Origin: Minutocellus sp. GHC0000111
Lineage: Eukaryota
Length of the DNA: 64,000 nt
NCBI GenBank assembly: GCA_977018835.1
Contig: OZ361257.1
Coordinates: 1,488,001 to 1,552,000 of the forward strand
Reading direction: 5' to 3'
The position numbers were made by a program, and so were the translations under genes. Positions 12,406-23,827 of the stretch are shown in pieces; the stretch's first letter is position 1, and the number at the start of each line of letters is the position of its first letter. The notes beneath the pieces are model-generated. The model worked only from the letters and a program-made list of their open reading frames with translations, searched no databases and was not told where the DNA came from.

Positions 12406-12697
12406 AACCCTTGATCAGGCACCTGGATAGCATACGAACAGTCCTTCATAATTTTGGCTTGTATCTCACCGACCTTTGTCACTTGTCAACTCTCTTTCGA
12501 TGCAGACCATTCACATTAGATCTAGACTCTATCTACTTATCTATCTACGTAGCCCTTGATCGTAGTGCAGCCAAGTAGGGTACTCTAGCTAGAGTCGAGT
12601 ATTTAGGCACTCCTGTATCAGTGCACAAAGATAATATATTCTAAAAAATTTGAAATTAAGCACATTTTTCGATGTCAGCTACGACGTACAATTAGAT

Positions 12698-15163
12698 CTA
12701 CGGAGGGACCCATCTACGAGAAATACCGGCATCTCCTGTGGCGGCATATCCACCGAACATGGCACCTGTGTGGTCAGGACAAGAATTTTCTTCCTTTCGT
12801 TTTCGCCCCACTGGAGGGAGTCCCAGTCCTCTGCAAACTCCGTTGCAGACATGACTCTGGCAAAATTTTCTGATGCAATTTAGGCCGATGTCGGTCTTCC
12901 CAAATCTATTCTTGTTTTTGGACTTGGTACAGATGGCGGGGTCCGTTAGCTGAAACTTGGGATATTTTCCCTCTGTGATGAAAATAGTAAATGGTATTGA
13001 TCGTGCATGTATCGAAAATACATCGGTTAGAAGGACAAAGTGGAGGAAAAAGGCAAGGAGAGAGCGAAAGGAAATATTCTTTTACCTTCGTTGAGAACTC
13101 CCTGCAGGTCACAGACAAGCATTTTGTGGTCCATCGTATGATAGACCCAATGGCTGAAGGCCTGGACAAAATCTGTGAGAGCCACCTCGCCAATTTCAAG
13201 GTCGATCGTCCTGGTTTCAGAATATTTCTTCTTTTTCATTACATATCCGTTGTTGCAATTATACTTGGTGAACTTGCCCATGAGAAAATCTTCGACCAAT
13301 AGACCGCAATCATTATCTTCATCGTCGCAGTACTCGTATACACGACACTTTAAGAATGTAAGCTTGGGTGGTTTCGCAATTTCATCTACGGTTGGTCGAA
13401 GCATTGGAGCTTTGCGGACAGCATGGTTGAATTCTTCGGAAAGGTCAAGGGCCTTCAATTGGGCACGGCAAAAGTGCTCGTGAAAAGTTCGTTTGTCACC
13501 CTCATCTTCAATGTACCTACTCTCCTTTGCAACCATCATACGGCCCACCCGTTTCATTTGATTTCCGTCCTTCTTGATTTCATGGAATCGATATGCCAGC
13601 CTTTCCGCTCCTCTGGCGAAAGGGTGAACCTCAACCGTAAAACCTTTTGCGTCAGGGTCTTTCATTTTCTGTCGCACCCAAGGATCGCCCTTCTTCTTCT
13701 CCTGGTCTCGGTCATATCGCCACCGGGACACTTTCTTCGTAAGTACACGCTGCTCTCGATCTTTGCTCAACTTATTCTTGCTTAATGTATACGATTTCTC
13801 TGTTTTGGGCTTGGCATTGCTAACAGTCAAAAGGGCAGTTCTCGTTGTTGCCATTGAGGTTGCCATGGAGCTCAGTGCTGCGCCCATCGACGCCGTGGAA
13901 AGGCCAGCATGAATGAAAATTGAATCAGTGGCACCGTGATCCTTCGCTGTAACAACTAATTCGTTGAGTTCCTTAAATTCGGATCCCAGGGCTCCAATAC
14001 CCATACCAAATACTGTCAACTTCGATTTGAGCGTCCGAGCCATTTCAGTGAGCATGTCCCTTCGTTCTTTTGGTTCGCCCTTCTTCATGTCGCTGGGCTT
14101 CCCATCGCTGAGAAGAACCAGCATGAAAGCAGGAAGATCGTCTTCCTCAAGTTCATTCAGCAAAGCAATCTCATCATGAATCACTTTCTGTGCAAGCTGA
14201 ACCGACTTGTTGTAGTTACCATGAGATCGCGGTTTGGACCTTCTTTGTCGCTTCAACAACTCGTTGAATAGTATCCAGTCCAAAGGGACACGGTCGAAGA
14301 AGATTGTTCCCGTATCGTTCATTTCAATGACGGTGACAGCATCAAGAAGATAGTCATCACCCCGCTGGTAGAGCTGCTCTGCGATATAATCCAGCGCTAG
14401 TGTTCCATAAGCAGCCCTTGATCGAGACGTCGCTTTCCCGCATCGAGCCACTCTGATCGACGACAATGATGGAATGCGTGGTCACCAAATGCGGGTCCTC
14501 GCGCAGCGTTTTGACTGCCGCTCTATGCTCCTCTTCCATTTTGTCTGTAATATTGGCTGGTTGAATGTGAATTTCTCTCCAATACGATGTAATTTCCTTA
14601 GTGTAAGTGGAATCGGTAATGTAGACAACACTACCAAACTCAAATTTCCATCGCTTTTCGCCTCGTACTGTTTTAGCAGGTGTCTTGGTGCCGTATTTGA
14701 TTGCGGTTTGTAGGTCATGTTTGGTGATATCACGAAGTTCACTCCGAGCTCTACCATGAGTCGTTGATAGGACCGTCAGTTCCTCCGTGAGCCTGGAAGT
14801 GTTGTTCTCGCTCGTCCTCTGCGAATACGGCTGCTCCGAACCATCATCCAAGTCCATGTTCGACGCATCGATATCGTCGTGATATGCTTCGAAGTAATGA
14901 ATCGTTGGCTCCTCCGCAGAGAACCGAACCGCCCGCGTTTTCGGAGCATCGTTCCCCTCCCTGTATCTCGCCTCCTTCCGTGGAAGGGTAGACCAACCGG
15001 TGCTGACCCCATCGGCACCTCCGTCGTCCCAGTCTCGGCCTCGTTTCTTGTTGGCGCGCGCGCCACTGGCGGCGCTAGTAGGACCATCGAGTTGAGGTTG
15101 GCCAAACATTAGTCTCAAATCTCCATATTGTGGAGGAGCACTTCGATTGGTAAATGGCTTCAT
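12698..15163 (-). CDS. vWA-domain + alpha-kinase (MHCK/eEF2K family) protein; frameshift ~14425, intron 12973-13085
   Basis: vWA VVDQSGSM and LLSDGKP; alpha-kinase FARGAERLAY, MVAKE, LLVEDFLMGKFTKYN, QAFSHWVY, LVCDLQG, then spliced LTDPAI...FGKTDIG...HVCNGVCRGLGL. Confidence 0.88.
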
Positions 15164-15387
15164 TGGCTTATGTTAGCGTGGAAATGATTGATATGAACTG
15201 AACTGATGCTGATGAACTGAAGGAGCCGAGCAAAGTGAGTTTGCGACGAGCAACGCCGGCCGCAATCTGCTCAAGCCGAGGCCGGCCGGCGCGCGCGCCT
15301 ACTACATGTACGTACGTAGCTAGCTAGTACGCCTTCGACTTTTTTCTGCTGCTGCCTCTTCGACTCTGACCTCCATGAAGCGAGCGA

Positions 15388-16635
15388 TTGGCAAAGAGGA
15401 TTTCAGCAGCCTGTTGGGAAAGGATGGCATCTTCGTGGGCAGAGTACGACGCATCGCATCGCCGGGGCAGCGGCAGTGATGCCCACAATGACACATCATT
15501 GCTTTCCAGCACGTCCGGCACCAAGAAGCGTCGGTCCGGCAGTACTGGTGCCGCCTCCTCCTCAGGAGCCGCCTCGTCTTCGGGCGGAGCCAAGAGGAAG
15601 AGCGCCAAGAGAGCACCCACCGGCATTGACGCGCTGTACGTCGATGCCCCGCCGGGAATCGATACGCGTCTACAGTTCCAGTGGATTCGTCCTCATCCCT
15701 CATCGGCAATTTTGGCAGCGGCAGCGGCGGCTGGGCCCAAGAGCGGTGGCGGGGGCGCCAACATCTCACCTCACATCGTCGAGGCGGCCAGGCTCGTCGA
15801 GCATTATCGGCAAGCCAAGGCCGACTCATGTCCCAATGGTGATTCCAAGAATAAGCCCAATGAAAGCCAGAAACGGAAGCTGCCGCAACCAAAGGTCGAT
15901 ATGGGATGTATCAATGCTGAAGTCGAGCTGACCAGTCTCTTCGATCCACCACTATTATCGGAATGGGGAATGCCTGGAGCTTCCATGACTGTCACGTACG
16001 ATGATAAGAACGACGATCAAGGGACTTTCAGCGATAGTGATAGCGACGACGAAAGTTATGCCCGCCATGTAGGAGGAAACAGTATGAAGAACAGTGACGG
16101 TGATGGCAAGTCAAAGCAGATTGAATCCGCGCTGGGCAAGCTGGTTCAATGCGCTGCAGCAACGAAAGGTACGACACAGTTGGACGATTCGACCAAACAG
16201 ATCTTTTGTGACATATCCGCCGATTCTACCAGTGGTTATCTATTGGAGTTCTTGCCTTCTCGGATGCTGCTTCAAATGGTCCGAGATGTGGCGTCGAATG
16301 CAGCGGATGACGTTTCGTATCTTCCCATTGGAGTCAAATCCCTAACGATGTTGGCAGATGTCACGCAAACTGAGTCAATGGGGAGGCATATTTTATCTGT
16401 CCTAGCACCAGTGTTGCTTTGTTCGTCTTCGGATACGACCATGGAGGGCGAAAACATTGTAAATTTGAAGTTACTGGCCAAGGCTCTTGTCCACAAATGT
16501 GGATTGGGCAGTCTCTCCAAAGGGAACCTTCTTCAACTTGCAGAGGGAGGCGAAGTTTGTACTGGTGATACGACAGAGCCGGCGGAATGGATGGACCAGT
16601 TCCTCATTGCAATTGGCAGGGCGTACCATGAATGA
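15388..16635 (+). CDS. Hypothetical protein (start uncertain: first in-frame ATG at 15424, out-of-frame ATG at 15374)
   Basis: 415-codon ORF with coding-like composition; no recognised family. Confidence 0.6.
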   Translation: MAKRISAACWERMASSWAEYDASHRRGSGSDAHNDTSLLSSTSGTKKRRSGSTGAASSSGAASSSGGAKRKSAKRAPTGIDALYVDAPPGIDTRLQFQWIRPHPSSAILAAAAAAGPKSGGGGANISPHIVEAARLVEHYRQAKADSCPNGDSKNKPNESQKRKLPQPKVDMGCINAEVELTSLFDPPLLSEWGMPGASMTVTYDDKNDDQGTFSDSDSDDESYARHVGGNSMKNSDGDGKSKQIESALGKLVQCAAATKGTTQLDDSTKQIFCDISADSTSGYLLEFLPSRMLLQMVRDVASNAADDVSYLPIGVKSLTMLADVTQTESMGRHILSVLAPVLLCSSSDTTMEGENIVNLKLLAKALVHKCGLGSLSKGNLLQLAEGGEVCTGDTTEPAEWMDQFLIAIGRAYHE

Positions 16636-16636
16636 A

Positions 16637-16682
16637 TCATCATCATCATCATCAACAACAACAACAACAACAACAACAACAA
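16637..16682. repeat. (ATC)n(AAC)n compound microsatellite
   Basis: Directly visible trinucleotide run between convergent genes. Confidence 0.9.
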
Positions 16683-16785
16683 GTAAAGGAGTGCGATTAT
16701 TTATCTGCATAGTCTTATGTAGTAATGGGTAGCTACATTTTAATGAAGTATCAATTATATTTATCATGTTTATAGGAAAGTCTCC

Positions 16786-19112
16786 CTACTCCTCATCAAG
16801 GAAGCCTCGCGATTTGAGATGGTTCATCATCTTGGTCTCTTCATCGCCCTTGGGTCTGACAACATCCTCGGACAGACCCAGCACGTGGAGACGATCGGAA
16901 TCAGCAACAGCCAAGCTCCGGCCATCTGCCGACCAACTGATCTTGTTGAGAACGCCAACATCACTGCAGCTTCCACCGGTAGCTTCCTTGATCGGAATGC
17001 CCTTGGATCCGCTAAGAGGCTCATCCAGCGACGAGGCTAGATTCCAAAATCCAAGAGTACCATTACCAGCTGCGGTGGCAAAAAGAGATGGGTGAGTTGG
17101 ACTCCACTGAACGTCGCACATGTAATCGTAAGAGTGACAAACAAAGCTAAGAATGGGCTTGTTGGTGTAAGCCGGTGCCCACAGCTTGGTCGTCCAATCG
17201 ACACCACAAGACAGGACCAGACCAGAAGCACCACGGAGGAATCCTCGGGCCAAATGACCGCCATTCTTCGGAGGGAGTCGAGTACTCAACCCAGTGATCA
17301 TACCAAAGTGGCCATCATCGCCAGCGTCCAGGACGCGAACAGTTCGCTTTGAGGACGATGATTTGTCAGAGGGTGGAATGACGGCATGAATCTTACCAGA
17401 TTCGTCACCGCATACAAGAGCATTGGATTCGGGAGCGACGCACAAAGTGGATATGTTAGTTTTCACTGATAAAGATTCGGCAGGCTCCCGCAGGTTCGAT
17501 AACGACAAGAAGTTGACCTTGCCATCCGTCGCAGACGTCAAGAGGGCGGACTAAATATATATGAAACATAAAGGAAATGGATATCAAAAGGTAAAGGTGA
17601 GAAAGAGACATACCTTGCGACACCAGCTGTACAATAGAAAAAGCCACAAGGATTCAACATTCACCCTCAACTTACCCCAGACTCAACGACTTCCATTGAG
17701 CAGATAGGGTGGGCATGGCCACCGCCAGCAGGTCCAACGCTACGTTGGACCGGCAACCGTCCTGCCCGAACATCCCAAACCACCACCTGGCCGGAATGGC
17801 ACCCACCAATGACCAAACGAGTTTCCGTGCGATGAAATGCCGTCGTCAGTACCGGACTGCCGCAGCAAAAGATGTGCTCCGGCCGGTCCGGCATTGCCAA
17901 GTTCCACACCAGCGCCAACCCGTCGGATCTCAGCTCCGATGATTGCGGAATGAGGCTGGACGATGGAGTGTCGGCAGGCGATACCGCTCGTACGGCCGCA
18001 TCGACCACCCCTGCCGAGGACGACGATTGATACGAGGCCACCAGCATCTCCCGCTTGTGTGGCGACCAGGTAATGCTGGTCAGATCCCGGTTGGCCGTCC
18101 ACCGGGGACAGGAGTAGGTCTGACTCGACTTGATGATGCCCGTCGCGTCCAGGGCACCGTCGGCGGCAGTCTTGCCCCCCAGCAGACCAAGCCGTCCCGC
18201 CCTCTTCTTGCTCTTTTTGGCCCTCTTGGGCATCGTACCATTGTCCTCACCCTCACTGGCCGTACCCGCCCCGTCGTCTTCACTAATGGCGCCATTGTTG
18301 GCGGGCAGATCTTCGTCATCCTCATCTTCATCCATCTCGTCGTCATAGGCAGGATCGTCGAGCAATTCTGCAAGTGCCCCAGCACCCAATACCTTCTCCA
18401 CCTTCTTGCTGGCCGAATTGAGAAAGTGCTGAAACGGCCGAGAGGAAATGGTTTCCGACAGACTGTTGGGATCCAGCTGGGCGATGGGCATGGTCTGCGT
18501 GCCCTTTTCGGAATCGTTGTCCTCGCCGCCACCCTCACCGGCACTGGCGGCTGCTGCGGCCGCTGCTGCTTCGGCCTGTTGTTTCCGCTTGGTCTCCTCG
18601 TCGTCATCTTCATCGTCGAGGGCCGGCGGGAAGTCATCTTCTTCCGTTTGGGTGGCCATGGTGAAGGTTTCCACCTTGCGCACCGGAGCCGGCGCTGGAG
18701 CAGGGGCCGCTGGTGCTGCCGCTGCAGTTGTGCCCATGGTTGCCGGTTCCTTGCCATCACCGCCACTCTCGGTATCCTTTGGAGACGGTACGCCATCGGC
18801 AGCTACAGTAGTAGCCGACGTGCTGATTTCCGCGGATACCGGTTCCGCAGCTGCTGCAGGCTTGGACGGCTCCACCCCAGGCACAACTGGCGCGTCGCTC
18901 TTGAGCAGTCCATCAATGTATTCGTCCAGATTGCCACCGGCACCACGGGATGGGGTTGCTGTGGATGACGATGAGGCAGCAGCGGTGGCCGCCGATGCAC
19001 CGCCGGATGCGGCGGCCGCTGCCCGCTCTGCACGGCGGGCCTTGAGGGCCTCGAGCCGCTTCTTCTTCTCTTCGAGAGCTGCCGCCCTCTTGGCTCTGGC
19101 GTCGTCAGCCAT
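16786..19112 (-). CDS. Cytoplasmic dynein intermediate chain (WD40); intron 17551-17675
   Basis: N-terminal coiled coil AAALEEKKKRLEALKARR, TFTMATQT light-chain motif, GGCHSGQVVVWD, HAHPI, SCGVDWTTKLW, DYMCDVQWSPTHPSLFA. Confidence 0.9.
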
Positions 19113-19323
19113 GGTGCTTATGGGGTTGTTTGTCAAACAGAGAGCAGAAAATAGCAGTAACAACGAAGCGTACCAAGGTACCGTATCTGCCAAACCGTCA
19201 CGTCATGTGCGTGCTCGGCTTTTGAACTTGAACAAAAATTAGCGAAATTTGCAAAATAGCTGACTGAAATTACAAAATGGTGCGTCTTTCCGTCGTTCTC
19301 TGGTGTCGGTCACCGGTCGAGCC

Positions 19324-19442
19324 AAATCACCATCTCACCATCACGTTGGAGCGCACTCGGTGAGCGGTACCTCTGCTAATACTACTCGTAGTAAAATCAC
19401 CATCACGTTGGAGCGGTACCTCTGCTAATACTAGCTAGTAGT
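19324..19442. repeat. Imperfect tandem duplication in the divergent promoter
   Basis: AAATCACCATC..ACGTTGGAGCG..GTACCTCTGCTAATACTA occurs twice; the second copy is internally shorter. Confidence 0.85.
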
Positions 19443-19529
19443 CTAGTAGTACCTGCTGGGCTTCCTACTTCCTCCTACTGATTCTTGTTTATGTCCAAGC
19501 GACGGACCCTGTCGTGGGAATACACTGCC

Positions 19530-21089
19530 ATGATGGACGATGACGACGAGCCGTTGGGGATGAGTGGTGCTCTCAGCTCCGGCCGATCGGGTAGCGGGGG
19601 TGGGACCAAAAAGAAGAAGAAGGATGACAATAATAACAAGAAGAGCAGCAAGAAGGAACGCAAAAAGGAGAAGAAGGGCAAGGTCGATGTGACCTTTGGT
19701 GGGATGGGATCCGTGGGCGAGGCAATTTCGGCCAGTCCCTATTACAAGGACGTCGGCAAAAAGGGACTGAAGAAGCGCAAGCATACTCCGTCAGATCAAT
19801 TGAATGCTGGTTTTGATATGCCACTGACCAAGGAGGAGAAGAAGCGACGGAAGGAACGGCAGGTGAGTAATCTACCAACTGGTACGGGCTAGCTAAAGTT
19901 TGGTCCGAGCTTTTCATAAATGATGCCCGAAAGAAGTTGATTGGTCGATACTCTACGCTCACCCGTATGGCCATCACTTTCCATCACACTTATGCAGATG
20001 TGATCTCAAGCTGATGCTACTTCTGCACCGGCGGAACCTCCCTCGGCACTTGATGCAGTTTATTCGGCCCTATCGTCTTCCCGGGATGGAGGCGGAAGCA
20101 GCTTTGGTTCCAAAAAGAAGAAAAAGAGCAAACTTAGTGGCAGCGGCGACTTTACAAGTGAATTTGGGAATGGTTTTGTTGGCACCAGTCAGAGCCTGGA
20201 AAAGCCCTATCTGCGCCTCACGACCTTTCCCAAGGCAGAAGACGTGCGGCCATTGCCAGTCCTGGAGAGAGCTTTGCAGCACATCAAAGCGCGCTATCAC
20301 ACGGAAGAGGATTTTGTTTGGGCAAATGAGCAGCTGAAGAGTGTGAGACAAGACATTACTGTTCAGGGTTTGCGCAACAACTTTGGTTTAGAGGTCTACG
20401 AAACACATGCGAGATTGGCTTTGGAGGAAGGAGAGCTAAACGAATTCAATCAGTGTCAGACCAAGATCAAGGAGCTTACCATGGGCACTGGCAGTGGGAG
20501 TACATCGACGTCTATCGGCGATGATGATAATACCGCCGCGCTGACCCCGTCCAAGAAGAAGAGCAAAAAGTCGAAGAAAAGCGCCATGAAACTACTTCGA
20601 CAAGATGAAGACGTTGCGGACGAATTTGCTGGCTATCGATTGCTGTATGCTCTTGTTCAAAAGAATTGGGGTGATGTTAACAAGGAATTGAAGGTAGCCA
20701 CCGCTTTGATTAGTGCCGAGAATAGACGCGTCCATGAAGAGAAGGAACGTGACGAACGTATGTCCAGCTGCCGCCATGCACAGCTGGTCGTCAACTCCGT
20801 AATTGCCTGCGACTATCATGCGTTCTTTGTGCTTTATGAGAATGCTCCTCACATGTCGTGCTACCTGATGGACTTTTTGCTCAATAGGATCAGATGTGGA
20901 GCGTACGAAAGAATCATAGCGGCATTCCGTCCCAGTATATCCGTGGAAAGTATCCGCGAAACCCTCAAGTTTCGAGATCTGGAGGAGACACGACAGTTTC
21001 TCAAGAGCAGCGGGGCGATATTCGTTAAAGAGAATGGAGGTGCTCCACCCTTCTTTGTCGACTGCAAGGCGAGCAAGAATTCAGCTTGA
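19530..21089 (+). CDS. SAC3/GANP/PCI family protein (LENG8/THP3-like); probable intron 19863-19997; in-frame TGA at 20001
   Basis: FVGTSQSLEKPYLRLTTFP...VRPLPVL, EQLKSVRQDITVQ, VYETHAR, EFNQCQT, DEFAGYRLLY. 5' structure uncertain. Confidence 0.85.
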
Positions 21090-21381
21090 AATTATGAATT
21101 GAATTCCCAGCTATTTAGAGCTATCTACCGGTACTAGTAAAGTAATACTACAGTAGATCTGTTTGAAAGCTTGGCTTCATGTACCGGCACATTTGAACAT
21201 TTGAACCCCATTGGCGCAGATTCGATTGATTCATTTGGCCTGTTGCAATGTGACTGCGCTGCTGCTCTGCTTGCGAGAAGGGAGTGGGTCTGTCCGTCGT
21301 TCGTTGATGACGGACGTGCTCACTTCCAACGCCAACGTGCAAACGTGTACCGACCGCTCCATCCCCACAGGCATCGGCAAG

Positions 21382-22694
21382 ATGGCGGAAGCGTTCTACG
21401 AGGATGAGGACAACCTCAAAAAGCTGTGCGACTTCCTTCGCGGGAAGGAGGGGCCGGCGGTCCGGGAGGCCATCGAGATGGACAAGCGAGTTTACTACCT
21501 CAAGGGTGAGTCGAGGAGTCCGTCGGAAGTCCGAGTGGACGAAGGAAATGCGGGAAGTGCAAATGTGGGAATGCATTCGTTTGCACGTGCGGGGCCTACG
21601 TTTCATTCACTCTGCACATGTTTCTAACCATTGATATCCAACTTCTGTGGCTCAATGGCATTGTTGATCGCTCAAATCAAATAAATATCGACAGGCGAAA
21701 AGCTGGTGAATTTCCTCGTCGAGCCAAAGAAGGGCACCAAGTGGCCATCGAATCTGCCCCGCTTCAAGACCCGACAGGAGGCCATCGCCGTATGCAAGGA
21801 GCTGTGCCGGTTGCACTTCATCCACCGATCGGAGAAGAGAGGGAAGGGGGATCTTGTGGTAAGCTTTTGTGTTTATTTTGCTGGTATCTTCGTCGCGTGT
21901 GTACTAGCTAGTAATTGAACAATGCGGGCGGATGTAACAACTGTACTTCGTTTTTCTGTGCATCATTGGCACTTTCGCTCAACTCGTTTCAATCCAACCC
22001 CGCCCAACCAACCAAACATCAACAGATTTCGCGAAACAGAGAATTTGATGAGTCCGGTTACTTTACCTGGATTTACGAGGGTGACAAGTCCTTCAGCAAC
22101 ATGATGACGACCCTCCTCGTCGTCGGATTCCTCTTTTGCACGTGCTTCCCGATCTGGCCCAACTTCCTCAAGGTATTCGTCTGGTACATGTCGGTCACTC
22201 TGCTCATCTTCATCTTCTTCCTCATCACCGTCCGCGGCGCCATCTTCCTCTGCGTGTGGATCCTGGGATACGAGTGCTGGGTCCTCCCCAACCTGTTCGA
22301 TGAGACCCTGGGCTTCGTGGAATCGTTCAAGCCGTTCATTTCGTTCGAACCGACCAAGGAGGGGCAGCTCATTTACCGTGCCGGCATTGCTGTGGCGTTC
22401 GTCTCGTTCTGCTATTGGGCCGTAACGCAGCCGTCGGAGTTTGATGGATTCAAGCAGGGACAGGTGGACTTTATCAAGGATTTGTATGCCGGCACTCTGC
22501 TTTCGGACATGTCGCAAGCGGACAAGGACAATATTGACAAGCCCAAGATGCCCTCATTGGATGATCTGCTGAAGAAGCTGGATTCCTCGGACGACGAGGA
22601 AGAGGAGCTTGATGAGGAGGAGAAGGTTGCCAAGATGCTGGAAGATTTGGTTGGAGATGAGGATGAGGACATTGATGAGGATGGAGAGGAATAG
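21382..22694 (+). CDS. SEC62: Translocation protein SEC62; introns 21506-21694 and 21859-22025
   Basis: KRVYYLKG|EKLVNFL, YFTWIYEG, CFPIWP, two TM segments, WVLPNLFDE..GFVESFKP. Confidence 0.92.
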
Positions 22695-22820
22695 ACGATC
22701 TGCCTCAGACGCTACGCATGGGTGGCAGTGGTTGCCACGTTTTGCATCATGATAACTTTGTCCTTGTACCATATAACTTCAACTATTTACTTTTAAACAA
22801 CGAGAATAAGCTGCCTGTGG

Positions 22821-23663
22821 TCACCAGGCAGAGTCGGAATCGCTGCCACTTTCGTTGGGCGAAAGGGAACGGGCACCGGCTACCGAAGAGATTGAAGAGC
22901 TGCTATCGCTCCGGGCAATGCTGAGCCGGGTCGTGGCTGCCGTACCAGGCCTATCTCCTGCTGCAGCTGCAATGGCCGATGCACGTGTAGTAGAGGCATT
23001 TCCACCAATACCATCAAAATCCTCGCTGCTGCCACCACCACCGCTACCACCAGGCTCCATTCCACCCTCTTCTTCCTCATTTGCTCGCCTCTCCGCCCCA
23101 GCCTGCTCTTCGGCCAAGATCTTCTCCCTCAGTTCCATCCTCCTGGCCTCGGCACGCTCGACGTCCTTGGCCTCCCGCCGATCGTATTTCTTCAGCTCCT
23201 TTTGAAGGTAGTGAAGGTTCCGTACCTTGGACACGTAGTCCTGATGAAGGTCCTGCAGCTCATCCTCCAACATTTCATATTCGTCCATGTAACTCGGTCG
23301 AATATGGAGCAGCTCGGCCTCCTGCTCCTCGGCACGACGCAGATTCTTCTTGATTTTGTCAATCTTTGCGGTCAGGTCGGAATGAGAATGGGAGAGGGTG
23401 CGGACCCGCTCCTCCATCGTTTGGATCCCGTCCTGCAGGGCTCTGAGGGATGTAGTCAGAGCCGAACCGTAGGGACCAATACTAGTATCATCCCCGTTCT
23501 CCTCTTCTTGCTGTAGAAGACGCAGCGCCTCCTCTCGGGTATCCTTCCACCGATCCTCCTCCTTGAGCAGAGCGAATAGTCGTTTCGCCGACTCCTCGAG
23601 ATCTATGGCGAGCTGCTTTGCCGCGGCAGTATCGTCGGATGTAATGGGCGGGGACGGTGACAT
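22821..23663 (-). CDS. CLUAP1/IFT38-like coiled-coil protein lacking the N-terminal domain
   Basis: LTAKIDK...IRPSYMDEYEMLEDELQ..Y..KVRNLHYL matches the CLUAP1 RPx(F/Y)MDEYE...NLxYL signature. Confidence 0.75.
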   Translation of the reverse strand: MSPSPPITSDDTAAAKQLAIDLEESAKRLFALLKEEDRWKDTREEALRLLQQEEENGDDTSIGPYGSALTTSLRALQDGIQTMEERVRTLSHSHSDLTAKIDKIKKNLRRAEEQEAELLHIRPSYMDEYEMLEDELQDLHQDYVSKVRNLHYLQKELKKYDRREAKDVERAEARRMELREKILAEEQAGAERRANEEEEGGMEPGGSGGGGSSEDFDGIGGNASTTRASAIAAAAGDRPGTAATTRLSIARSDSSSSISSVAGARSLSPNESGSDSDSAW

Positions 23664-23827
23664 CTTGGTGGGTGCAGCTCTTCCTGATGGGGAAAATGAT
23701 TTTCAAACTTACTTGAAGCTGATGCAACCGTTTTCGTTTCAAATTCATTTTGACAGTAAATTCATTTACAGTACAATTTGTTCTGCAGGGGCTCCTGAGT
23801 AGACCCGTACCGACTATACACTACGAC

